Source of the DNA: Pseudomonadales bacterium
GTDB lineage: Bacteria; Pseudomonadota; Gammaproteobacteria; Pseudomonadales; JBECKS01
Direction of reading: 5' to 3'
Assembly (NCBI GenBank): GCA_965223975.1
Contig: OZ245031.1
Span: 2,132,145 to 2,196,144, forward strand
Length of the DNA: 64,000 bases
Shown: piece by piece, positions 53,082 through 61,525 of the stretch
Numbering within the stretch: position 1 is the first letter of the stretch
Layout of the letters: the number at the start of each line of letters is the position of its first letter
Position numbers and translations under genes: made by a program
Notes under the pieces: model-generated
What the model was told of the DNA's origin: nothing
The model's input: only the letters and a program-made list of their open reading frames with translations
Databases searched by the model: none

Positions 53082-53972
53082 ATGAATATACCGATAAAAT
53101 ATATTGAGCCCGTTTTTAGGCCGCCTAGTGAAGCGCGTTCACTGATTCTTCCTGTGACCAATGGTTGCTCCTGGAATGAGTGCACTTTCTGTGACATGTA
53201 TACGGCGGAGCAAAAAAAGTTCTCTGTTAGACCTCAAGAGCAACTCGATCAAGAGCTTAAAGCGGTATCTGAACAGTATGAGGTTAAGCGAATATTTTTG
53301 GCCGATGGAGATGCCATGACCTTAAGCTTTCGACGTCTAAAAGCGATACTAGAGTCGATCAATCGTTACTTTCCTAATATCCAGCGAGTGAGCTCTTACT
53401 GTTTGCCTCGTAATATAAAAAACAAATCAGTGGAAGAGTTAGCGGAGTTAAAAGAGCTTGGTCTAAAAATGCTCTATGTGGGCTGTGAGTCAGGTGATGA
53501 TGAGGTGCTCCGCTGTATTAAAAAAGGTGAGACTTATCAGAGTTCAAAAGATGCTTTGTTGAAGATTAAAGCATCGGGCATAAAAAGCTCGGTAATGATT
53601 TTAAATGGCATGGGCGGGGTTGAGTTAAGTGAGCAACACGCACTGAACTCGGCACGCTTAATGAATGACTGTCAGCCGGATTATCTTTCAACTCTGGTGG
53701 TGAGTTATCCCTTGGGAGAAGAGCGAGTTCAGGAAGGTTTTGAAGGGCGCTATCAGCAACTGGATCAAGCTCATCTATTTAAAGAGATACAATTATTTTT
53801 AAACGAATTGGACCTAGAAAGCACTATCTTTAGAAGTGATCATGCTTCCAACTATCTGGTGTTAAAAGGTGTGCTTGGTAAAGATAAGCAGAAGTTACTG
53901 ACTCAAGTGAATCAAGCGATTGAAAAGCCGGATAGCGTATTTTTAAGGGAAGAATGGCAGCGGGGTTTGTAG
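53082..53972 (+). CDS. Radical SAM-like protein with non-canonical CX4CX2C cluster motif
   Basis: RPPSEA..L.L.VTNGCSWNECTFCDMY, then a GDA...-type SAM-binding stretch (IFLADGDAM) and GCESGDD. The start is ATG 53082 or TTG 53073. Confidence 0.75.
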   Translation: MNIPIKYIEPVFRPPSEARSLILPVTNGCSWNECTFCDMYTAEQKKFSVRPQEQLDQELKAVSEQYEVKRIFLADGDAMTLSFRRLKAILESINRYFPNIQRVSSYCLPRNIKNKSVEELAELKELGLKMLYVGCESGDDEVLRCIKKGETYQSSKDALLKIKASGIKSSVMILNGMGGVELSEQHALNSARLMNDCQPDYLSTLVVSYPLGEERVQEGFEGRYQQLDQAHLFKEIQLFLNELDLESTIFRSDHASNYLVLKGVLGKDKQKLLTQVNQAIEKPDSVFLREEWQRGL

Positions 53973-54021
53973 TCTAGGGATTTATAGTCTGTGAAAGGCC
54001 GTGCGAGCTAAGCTTCAAGCT

Positions 54022-55788
54022 TTAGGTCTCATTGACTAGATCGATATGCTTTCTGCGCATAGCTCTTGCTTTTTGTTTTTTTGCAGCGTCACTGGCTAGT
54101 ATCTCTAGTTCCCCGATGTCTTTATCACTGTCGGGGGTTATGGCAATATCCTTATATTCAAATCGCTTCGGGTTGGACCATATTTTTTTCATCATTCGAT
54201 TTACTCGAAAATAGCAGCTTAAGATAACAGTGCTGGTGTAGAAAAATTCAATCAGTACTTTAGGGTAAAAGACTAAGATGGGTTCTTGAGCTAAAGAGGG
54301 TCGTCTATCTTTGCGGTTTTTAAGTCTTATCCATCCACCTTCAAGTGGATGGATACCGTATAGCCGTCTGTATTCTCTATACATTACTAGTTGTACAACG
54401 GTATTAATTTTTAAATTGCTGCCAAGAGCAGCTGCTCTTTTTAGAACGGTTTCCATGTGTTTGAATGTGTAATATCGATTCCATACCTCGTTATATAGTG
54501 AGTCCCATTCTTCATCTGGAATATTCTCATAATGAATAACCCTATGGTTTAAGTCATAGAGATTCATATCACTATCCATCCATACTCCAGCTTCAATATT
54601 CTTTTTGTGATCCTCGCTGCCAGGGAGAGGGGTGAGATTAGTAAAGTACATAACGTCGATTGGCAGTTCTCTTTTTACCGTGTCGATGTCTCGTAGAATA
54701 GATTCTCGCGTTTCATTAGGGAAACCCAGAATATACCCTACGGTTATAATAATAGGATATTGTTTCCATGCCTGGAGCATTTCTCGGTACTCGGCAATTT
54801 TATTTTGCCTTTTCTTGACCAAGAGCAAGCTGTCCGGGTTGATGCTTTCCATGCCTATAAAGATATGGTCAACTCCGGCAGCTACCGCTTTTTCGATAAA
54901 GCCATCGATTCGATGACAAAGGGTGTCGACCTGAATTTGAAGGCGTAGCCTTATACCATCTTCTTGCCGTAGCTTGATCATACGATCAAAGAACAAACGC
55001 CAATTTTTGTTTCGAGCTAGATTGTCATCGGTAATGAAATATTTAAAGATGCCATTTTCTGCATTGGCTCGGATAATATTTTCTAGATCGTTCTCGGTTC
55101 GGAATCGACTAACACGTCCTTGCACGTTAATTATGGTGCAAAATGAGCATTCAAATGGGCACCCCCTACCTAAATCAAAACTAGAGTATTGGTTCATGGT
55201 TTTGTCAATTTGCTCTTTGGGCAGATAAGGCAGTGCTTGCTCTTCGAGGCTAGGCATATCATCCGTATAATCGTAAAGCTTCTTAAGCGCCCCTGCGTAG
55301 GCATCTTTGATGACCTGGTCAAATCGTTGGTCTTCCGCTTCGCCTGAGAATAAAGATATTCCCATTTTTTGGGCGGCAAGAATATCTTCAGGCAATTGGT
55401 CTAGCATCGAAAGACAGCCAGAAATATGAAAGCCGCCTGCGGCTACAGGTATTCCCGCTTCTAGAAAAGGTCGGGCTAGATCAACAGTCCTGGGAAACTG
55501 ATTGGTTTGAACTCCTACAAAACAAATGACCCCTGATGACTTAGGTTGTTGAATTAGTTTTAGAATTTTTTTTGTGTTTATTTTGGTGTTGGTGTCATCA
55601 ATAGTGTGTAAAACACATTCGACATTAGGTCCTAGTATTTGTCGGTTTAATGCGTCCTTAGCTATGCCGTACACGGCTGCCAGAGAGTTTGATGGAATTA
55701 AGGATCTAAACCAGCGTATTGGATAACCATTATCGTCATAGTGAGTAGGCTTAATTAAGTAGATGTGAAACTTTTTCTTATTCAACAT
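54022..55788 (-). CDS. B12-binding-domain radical SAM protein
   Basis: The N-terminal Rossmann-like half (VICFVGVQTNQ..., AAGGFHISG) is followed by GRGCPFECSFCTI (CX3CX2C). The start at ATG 55788 is 7 nt after the stop of the upstream desaturase-like gene. Confidence 0.8.
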   Translation of the reverse strand: MLNKKKFHIYLIKPTHYDDNGYPIRWFRSLIPSNSLAAVYGIAKDALNRQILGPNVECVLHTIDDTNTKINTKKILKLIQQPKSSGVICFVGVQTNQFPRTVDLARPFLEAGIPVAAGGFHISGCLSMLDQLPEDILAAQKMGISLFSGEAEDQRFDQVIKDAYAGALKKLYDYTDDMPSLEEQALPYLPKEQIDKTMNQYSSFDLGRGCPFECSFCTIINVQGRVSRFRTENDLENIIRANAENGIFKYFITDDNLARNKNWRLFFDRMIKLRQEDGIRLRLQIQVDTLCHRIDGFIEKAVAAGVDHIFIGMESINPDSLLLVKKRQNKIAEYREMLQAWKQYPIIITVGYILGFPNETRESILRDIDTVKRELPIDVMYFTNLTPLPGSEDHKKNIEAGVWMDSDMNLYDLNHRVIHYENIPDEEWDSLYNEVWNRYYTFKHMETVLKRAAALGSNLKINTVVQLVMYREYRRLYGIHPLEGGWIRLKNRKDRRPSLAQEPILVFYPKVLIEFFYTSTVILSCYFRVNRMMKKIWSNPKRFEYKDIAITPDSDKDIGELEILASDAAKKQKARAMRRKHIDLVNET

Positions 55789-55795
55789 ACTTACT

Positions 55796-56554
55796 CTACT
55801 GCTCTTTGAGTGGTGGCAATAAAGCATCTTTAGAGAAAAGTCCCCTTGCTAGAGCTATTTTGACTAATCTATTAACCAGAGGGTCGGCCCAGCCATTGAT
55901 AAAACAAAAATGCCTTTCCGGGTCTTGATGATGAATAGCATGATATTTCGGTGACATAATAATTTTGTAACGATGTAGAATGTTGATGAATTTAGAATTA
56001 GGATGCCGACCGTGAGCAATCGAATGAATATATTGAGCCCAAAAAATAACCGCTCCAGTTAGGAACAAGGTTAGGCTAATGTATGCAGGTGCATTGTTTA
56101 AACTAATAAGAGCGGATAGAAAGAAAAAAAAGATAGTTGCGGGTAGTGTGGGTAAGAAAGTGGTGTAAGCAGGTCGAGTCGCAACTTGTTTTGGGCTGGT
56201 TAAGTGATGATGTTTAAAAAAAAATACGGGATGTTGAAGGATGCCAGCCTTTTTCATTACTCGTGATCTTAGTTGCAAATACTCGGGCGATGATTTTTTT
56301 CCTTTGTAGTAAAAAAGCTTGTCCAAACCAACACCTTTTTTACACGGAGTATAGTCCACTATAAAGTGCAAAAGTCCCGAAATGAAATCAGCCAAATAGG
56401 TAGCTATAAATAAGGCAAATATAAAACCAAGGGCTGAGTATTGATCAAAACCATTTGATAAGATGATTAGGCTCGTTACTAATGCACAAACCATAGTGAG
56501 CAATAGAACTTTAAATCTTTGGAGGTCTTGTTTGTCTACAGAATTTATAGGCAT
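55796..56554 (-). CDS. CarF/PEDS1(TMEM189)/FAD4-like membrane lipid desaturase
   Basis: His clusters ADFISGLLHF, FKHHH, YIHSIAHGRH and PKYHAIHHQDPERHFCFINGW align by eye with human PEDS1 AADFASGLVHW, FREHH, QIHKWSH and [23 protein letters not shown]. Confidence 0.7.
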   Translation of the reverse strand: MPINSVDKQDLQRFKVLLLTMVCALVTSLIILSNGFDQYSALGFIFALFIATYLADFISGLLHFIVDYTPCKKGVGLDKLFYYKGKKSSPEYLQLRSRVMKKAGILQHPVFFFKHHHLTSPKQVATRPAYTTFLPTLPATIFFFFLSALISLNNAPAYISLTLFLTGAVIFWAQYIHSIAHGRHPNSKFINILHRYKIIMSPKYHAIHHQDPERHFCFINGWADPLVNRLVKIALARGLFSKDALLPPLKEQ

Positions 56555-56752
56555 TGTTACGTATCGAGCTTGAACAACTGGTGATTATTGTATGGTAAAT
56601 ATTAACCTCAAACTGGTTAACAAGCTATTGGAGTAACTATTATGGCTAAATGTGTATCTGGTTTGTGGGATGATATTGGGTCTGGGTTGTCTGGGGCTGT
56701 GGAGCTAAGCCTGAGATTGTTGAGCTTAGTAGTCTGTGTTAGAGACTAAGGG

Positions 56753-59452
56753 CTAGGTCTGTGTAGGGTCTACCTCTGAGAATGACTCCGGGATTAAAGC
56801 CTGCTTGTGTACCTTTTGATCACCAATCTTATATGAGCAAGACCTTAGCCAAGCGATAAGATCTTCAGCACTCAGTGGTCTCGTTAAGTGGTAACCCTGA
56901 GCAATATCGCAGCCGAGGTTGCGTAAAGCCTCCAGTATCTCGGCATTTTCTACGCCTTCAGCCACTACCCTTAAGCCAAGGTTGTGACTCATATGAAGAG
57001 TAGTATCTACGATTACTGAGTCATCTTTGTCTTTTACCATATCCATGATGAAAGACTTATCTATTTTAACTTCATTCAAAGGTAGCTGTTTAATGTATGA
57101 CAGTGATGAGTATCCCGTGCCAAAGTCGTCGATAGAGATACGAATGCCATCCGAGCTTAGTTGGTTTAATACATTCTTTGCATGATTTGGATCCAGCATC
57201 ATCGCGGTTTCCGTTAGCTCGAGCATTAAGAAATTAGGAGGCACTTTGTGTTTCGCGAGCAAGCTCTTTACACGGGTTACAAAGTTAGGCTCTTGCAAGT
57301 TTTGTGCGCTTAAATTTACCGAAATCGAAATTTCCATACCTTGTTGTACGAGGTAGGCACACTCTTCTAATGCTTTATTGAGTACCCAGCGAGTAAGCTT
57401 GCGTGTTAAGCCTGTTTTTTCTGCCAGTGGTATGAATTCGTCAGGTGGAATGAAACCATGCTCATTATGTTTCCAGCGTGCAAGAGCTTCGACGCCTACA
57501 ACCGCATTCTGTTCTATATCGATTTGTGGTTGGAAATATAATAAAAGCTCATCCTGATCAATGGCCTGGCTTAGCTCTCCCATAAGCGCCAGTCGCCGAG
57601 GGCTGTATGGGTCCAGTTCGGGTGAGTACATAGTTAGATGAGTCGCGTTCTTGTCAGCATTTTCCATAGCGACTAATGCGCGACGTACCAAGGTGTTTAG
57701 GTCTTTTCCGTGTTCGGGATAAAGTGCAACACCGAGGCGAGCACCGATATCGATCGACATATCTCTAAATTCAAAATGCTTTCGCATACTGGTCAGTACG
57801 CGTTTTGCTGCAAACTCAACTTGTTGCTGTGTGTCTACCAGTAAGACTAAGCCGTAAGTAACTCCCTCGATGCTTGCGACACTTTGTTTGCTAGCGTCAA
57901 CATCGATGATGGTGGAGTTTTCTAGGTTATTAGCTATCTCTGCTAGACGTTCAGTAACAATTTTGAGTAGATCGTCACCATTTTGATGGCCAAGCGTGTT
58001 ATTGATTTCATGAAAGTGGCTAAGGTTTACTAATACCACGGCAATGGATTGCTGATAAATCTCTGCTTCACGAATTATTTCGGGCATACGCTTTTGCAAA
58101 GCGAGGCGGTTGGGTAAGCTTGTTAAAGGATCATGAAGAGCTCGGCTTAGCATTTCATCTTCGGCTCTGCGCGAAGCAATAATGCTTTGGTGTTGTTTTC
58201 CCAGCTCGATGTATTTAAGGCGATTATCATTTTGTGTACGGTCAATTAACCCTAGTGAGAGTAGCAATAAGTGGGCAGCGAAGGCTATGTGAAAGGAGAA
58301 GTAGCCCAAGGTTGGGAATGGGAATAAGTCATAACTATGCAGGGCGTAAATCACTAAACCAAGAGGCAAGCACATCATGGCCATAAAGTAGAGCATGGCG
58401 GGATGGCGACCATTTGCCTGCCAACTTTTTAGGATAGCTGCGATAGTTAGGATAGAGATCACGCCGGCAGCCATAAAGAAATAGATACTGATACTTGAGG
58501 GCTCGAATACAAAAGGGCTTAGTGCTAACGCTAAGCTAACAGGAAGCGATACCAATAGAAGTTTGTTTACCCTTGGGGAATTGCGCTTAGTTTCTAGCAA
58601 GGATAGGCAGAACAGCGTTCCCCATAATAATGCACCTGCCCCAGAAGATAGGGCGATCATGATCGAGGAATCTGGCAAGAAACTCCATAGCTGCATGCTG
58701 CCTAAACCACTTAGGCTTAACATGAATACTGATACGGCCGACAGATAAAGGAGGTAAAAAGTATAGGTAATGTCACCGACGGAGATGTTTAAAAATGCGT
58801 TGTATAAAAAAAGCAGGAGCATCACGCCGTAAAATACGCCGATGATAGATGAGATTAAATTGTTGCTGCGTTCGATATGAGTGGGGTTCCAAATAGACGC
58901 GCTTACGTTAAGTGTCTCGCTAGGTTGAATGCGAATGAGCACTCTGGTTTGTTCTTGTTGAAATAGATGAACAAGAAACGCACTGCTGTTAAAGTTCCTA
59001 CCTTCGAGTACATTTATACCCTGGGCTTCTGCCGATTTAAGCTTGTATAGACCATCAGCGGAAATGTCGAAAACCTGTGTATTATCTTTTAAGCTTTCGT
59101 TATCTCCAAAAATCTCGACAAGCCATTCTTGCTGAGCAAGATGGCTAGGGTCTTGGCTTAATATAAGGCTAAACCAATAGCTTTGTTCTGGCTCAAGTTT
59201 AATGCCGTTGGAGCTGACCTCCTTAAACTCGGAGAAAGGAAGCTTAGAAACCTCTTGTACATCTAATGCCCTGCTGGCGTCTATATAAAGCCTTAGTGCG
59301 CGCGTAATGGATATCTCGCTAAGCGAGTCGTTTAGTTCTAACGAGGTATCTGCAAGATTTGAGTTGGCAAAGCTGTTGTTGCTAATAAGCAATAACAAGC
59401 TTGCTAAGCACGAGAGCAAAGGAGCGATTATTTTAAATTGGCTGAAACGCAT
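56753..59452 (-). CDS. 7TMR-DISM sensor with degenerate GGDEF and intact EAL domain (c-di-GMP phosphodiesterase)
   Basis: Signal peptide, a periplasmic DISMED2-like domain and 7 TM helices. The GGDEF position reads EGVTY. The EAL domain has EAL, SVNLS, ELTE, DDFGTG, KIDK, EGVE and QGY. Confidence 0.85.
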   Translation of the reverse strand: MRFSQFKIIAPLLSCLASLLLLISNNSFANSNLADTSLELNDSLSEISITRALRLYIDASRALDVQEVSKLPFSEFKEVSSNGIKLEPEQSYWFSLILSQDPSHLAQQEWLVEIFGDNESLKDNTQVFDISADGLYKLKSAEAQGINVLEGRNFNSSAFLVHLFQQEQTRVLIRIQPSETLNVSASIWNPTHIERSNNLISSIIGVFYGVMLLLFLYNAFLNISVGDITYTFYLLYLSAVSVFMLSLSGLGSMQLWSFLPDSSIMIALSSGAGALLWGTLFCLSLLETKRNSPRVNKLLLVSLPVSLALALSPFVFEPSSISIYFFMAAGVISILTIAAILKSWQANGRHPAMLYFMAMMCLPLGLVIYALHSYDLFPFPTLGYFSFHIAFAAHLLLLSLGLIDRTQNDNRLKYIELGKQHQSIIASRRAEDEMLSRALHDPLTSLPNRLALQKRMPEIIREAEIYQQSIAVVLVNLSHFHEINNTLGHQNGDDLLKIVTERLAEIANNLENSTIIDVDASKQSVASIEGVTYGLVLLVDTQQQVEFAAKRVLTSMRKHFEFRDMSIDIGARLGVALYPEHGKDLNTLVRRALVAMENADKNATHLTMYSPELDPYSPRRLALMGELSQAIDQDELLLYFQPQIDIEQNAVVGVEALARWKHNEHGFIPPDEFIPLAEKTGLTRKLTRWVLNKALEECAYLVQQGMEISISVNLSAQNLQEPNFVTRVKSLLAKHKVPPNFLMLELTETAMMLDPNHAKNVLNQLSSDGIRISIDDFGTGYSSLSYIKQLPLNEVKIDKSFIMDMVKDKDDSVIVDTTLHMSHNLGLRVVAEGVENAEILEALRNLGCDIAQGYHLTRPLSAEDLIAWLRSCSYKIGDQKVHKQALIPESFSEVDPTQT

Positions 59453-59649
59453 GTTGATAATATATTAACTCTTTTGCCTAAGCTTTAAGGCTAAGCTGTA
59501 ATTTTACAGCTTTTTAGGTTTATGTAAGAGGTAAACAAGAAAGAAGGGGTCTTGTGCTACCGGTTTTCTTTTTATCTGAAACAGAGCTTAATCTGTAAAT
59601 AAAAAGTATCACACGCTTGTCCGTAGCGAAGGCTGATATCCAAAATTAG

Positions 59650-60990
59650 CTATTTGGCTGAAAATAGGTTTTTAAGGCTCCAGGAGCGTTCTTGGTTTTG
59701 CTGTTGTTTCGGTGGTACGAAACCTTGTGTCAATATATCTGTGTCTAGCTCAATGCCAGCATCAATTAAACTTTTACGTACGCTAGTAGCGCCTGCTGAC
59801 TGTGTTTGGGATCTTTGATAAAGATCAACAATAGTTTTTTTGTGAACGACTTTGCCGTCCTTATCTCTAAGAATCATTACTTTAGGTAATAATTTCCGCT
59901 CCGGGTTTTGTGCAATAACAATTCCTACTTCATCGCTATTGAGCTCTACAAGCGTTCCGGCAGGGTATATACCGATTGCTTTAATAAACTCTTCTACTAG
60001 CTGACCGTTGAATGCTCCGTTACGCATTTTATAGATACGCGATGCTCCGTCAGATGGAGTTAGCTGTGATTCTTGTGCTCTTACGCTAGTGATTCGGTCG
60101 AATTCATCAACGAGGCCGGCGATTTGAGCCAGAATAGGAATCTGATTCCCTGCCAATGCGAAAGGATAACCTGAGCCATCTAATCTTTCGTGGTGAGCCT
60201 CAATTATTGGAATGATCTCTGGTGGAATGCTATCCCCAGCCTCTTCGAGAATTTCTATCGTAAGCATGATATGAGTGCGATACTCTGGAATATCTTCTAG
60301 CTCGATCTTTTTAGCCAGCAGCAGTACGTCATCATCCAGCCTTGCAATTCCGATATCGCAGAGTAGCACGGCGAGCGTAAGTAGTTCGATGTCTTCTTGT
60401 TTCATTCCAAGGTGTACACCAAAGGAAGCAGCAAGAACGGATGCTCTAATGGCATGGCTATAGCTGGCATCGTGGCTCGCTTTCATTTTGCTAAGCCACA
60501 CTAAAGCGTCGGGGTTTCGAATCACTGATTCGGTGATTTGCTTGACCGCTTTTTTGGATTCAGTGGCATCGAATACCTCGCCTTTTTTCAAATTACTAAG
60601 CGAAGACTCGAAAGCTGTCTCGATTTCTTTATAAATGGTTTCGCCCTTAGATAGTTCAGACTCTAAAGGCTGATGATTAGTATATTTAACACTCTTAAGG
60701 CGAACCGTCCGTTTGTTAGGGTTCGCTTTTTTGCCACCGACGGTAACGGTTTCTTTTTTCTTTTTTGCAACTGGTTGGCGTTTCTTGAGCTCTTCGCTTG
60801 GTGGGTTACCTTTTTCAACGTCGATGAAAACAAACTTACAAAAATTTTGTACTTTTTGCGCGTCGCTCCCGTCTCGAATATGAAAACCCTGCAAAGGAAA
60901 TGGAGTGTCCACCCAGGGGCGATCCAACTCGGATACGTACATTCCAATTTCAAGGTCTTGAGCTCTAACTTTGACAAGTGCTAAGGGCAT
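59650..60990 (-). CDS. HD-GYP domain c-di-GMP phosphodiesterase with a DUF3391-like N-terminus
   Basis: Contains HHERLDGSGYP and the N-terminal L.IGMYV.ELDRPW.DTPF. Confidence 0.85.
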   Translation of the reverse strand: MPLALVKVRAQDLEIGMYVSELDRPWVDTPFPLQGFHIRDGSDAQKVQNFCKFVFIDVEKGNPPSEELKKRQPVAKKKKETVTVGGKKANPNKRTVRLKSVKYTNHQPLESELSKGETIYKEIETAFESSLSNLKKGEVFDATESKKAVKQITESVIRNPDALVWLSKMKASHDASYSHAIRASVLAASFGVHLGMKQEDIELLTLAVLLCDIGIARLDDDVLLLAKKIELEDIPEYRTHIMLTIEILEEAGDSIPPEIIPIIEAHHERLDGSGYPFALAGNQIPILAQIAGLVDEFDRITSVRAQESQLTPSDGASRIYKMRNGAFNGQLVEEFIKAIGIYPAGTLVELNSDEVGIVIAQNPERKLLPKVMILRDKDGKVVHKKTIVDLYQRSQTQSAGATSVRKSLIDAGIELDTDILTQGFVPPKQQQNQERSWSLKNLFSAK

Positions 60991-61525
60991 ATATCTCGAC
61001 TCTTACATTAGTTATTACCGAAAATGTAGGGATGTCTCAATACATGGTGAGGAGGCAAGCCCATACGTTACATCAAACCTTTGTTTTCGATGATGGCCTA
61101 ATTTCCCTAAATCTTGAAGCTCAACAGCAGGGATAAAGGCTCCGTTTGTACTCTCCGGAAATCATCATTCTTAAGCTTGTACGTTGAACCAGGAAGCAGG
61201 CCTAAGAAACTACAGTATTTCGACAAAGTGTCTTATCCGTATGACACCCATATTTTATTAAAAAATAGTAAGAAATTCGATAAAAATCTTAGCTTTTTTA
61301 CCGTCATAAGGGGCCGCAAGCTACCTTGGTGCAGCATTTGTTGTAGCGATAAAGTATTGATTTTGTTAATAAATTGTAAATACCGTGTTTTGACTTTGCT
61401 CGCAGTCTTTTCATGGCGAAAACCGCCATGCTTGCAGCCCGCTTGTGATATGATGTGCAGCGCTTTTACGCTGATCCAATTGAGTTGCTAGTCGCGTATC
61501 CGCCTAGCCATTAAAGATAAAGTCT

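Noticed and set aside
59494-59515. Hairpin plus T-run (agctgtaa-tt-ttacagct-tttt), oriented for the plus strand, between the two c-di-GMP genes.
   Set aside because: There is no plus-strand gene upstream, and on the minus strand it lacks a U-tract. The loop is very tight. The evidence is insufficient to call a terminator or sRNA.
61445-61460. LexA-box-like sequence upstream of dinG (GTG-N10-CAG).
   Set aside because: The essential CTG half-site reads GTG and the flanks do not fit TACTG/CAGTA. It may be a weak site but is not supportable by eye.
61114-61491. 125-aa ORF in the HD-GYP/dinG intergenic region.
   Set aside because: It has no SD, a TTG-type start, and a Cys/Leu/Ser-rich composition unlike neighbouring genes. 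It ends in the dinG promoter region and is likely spurious.
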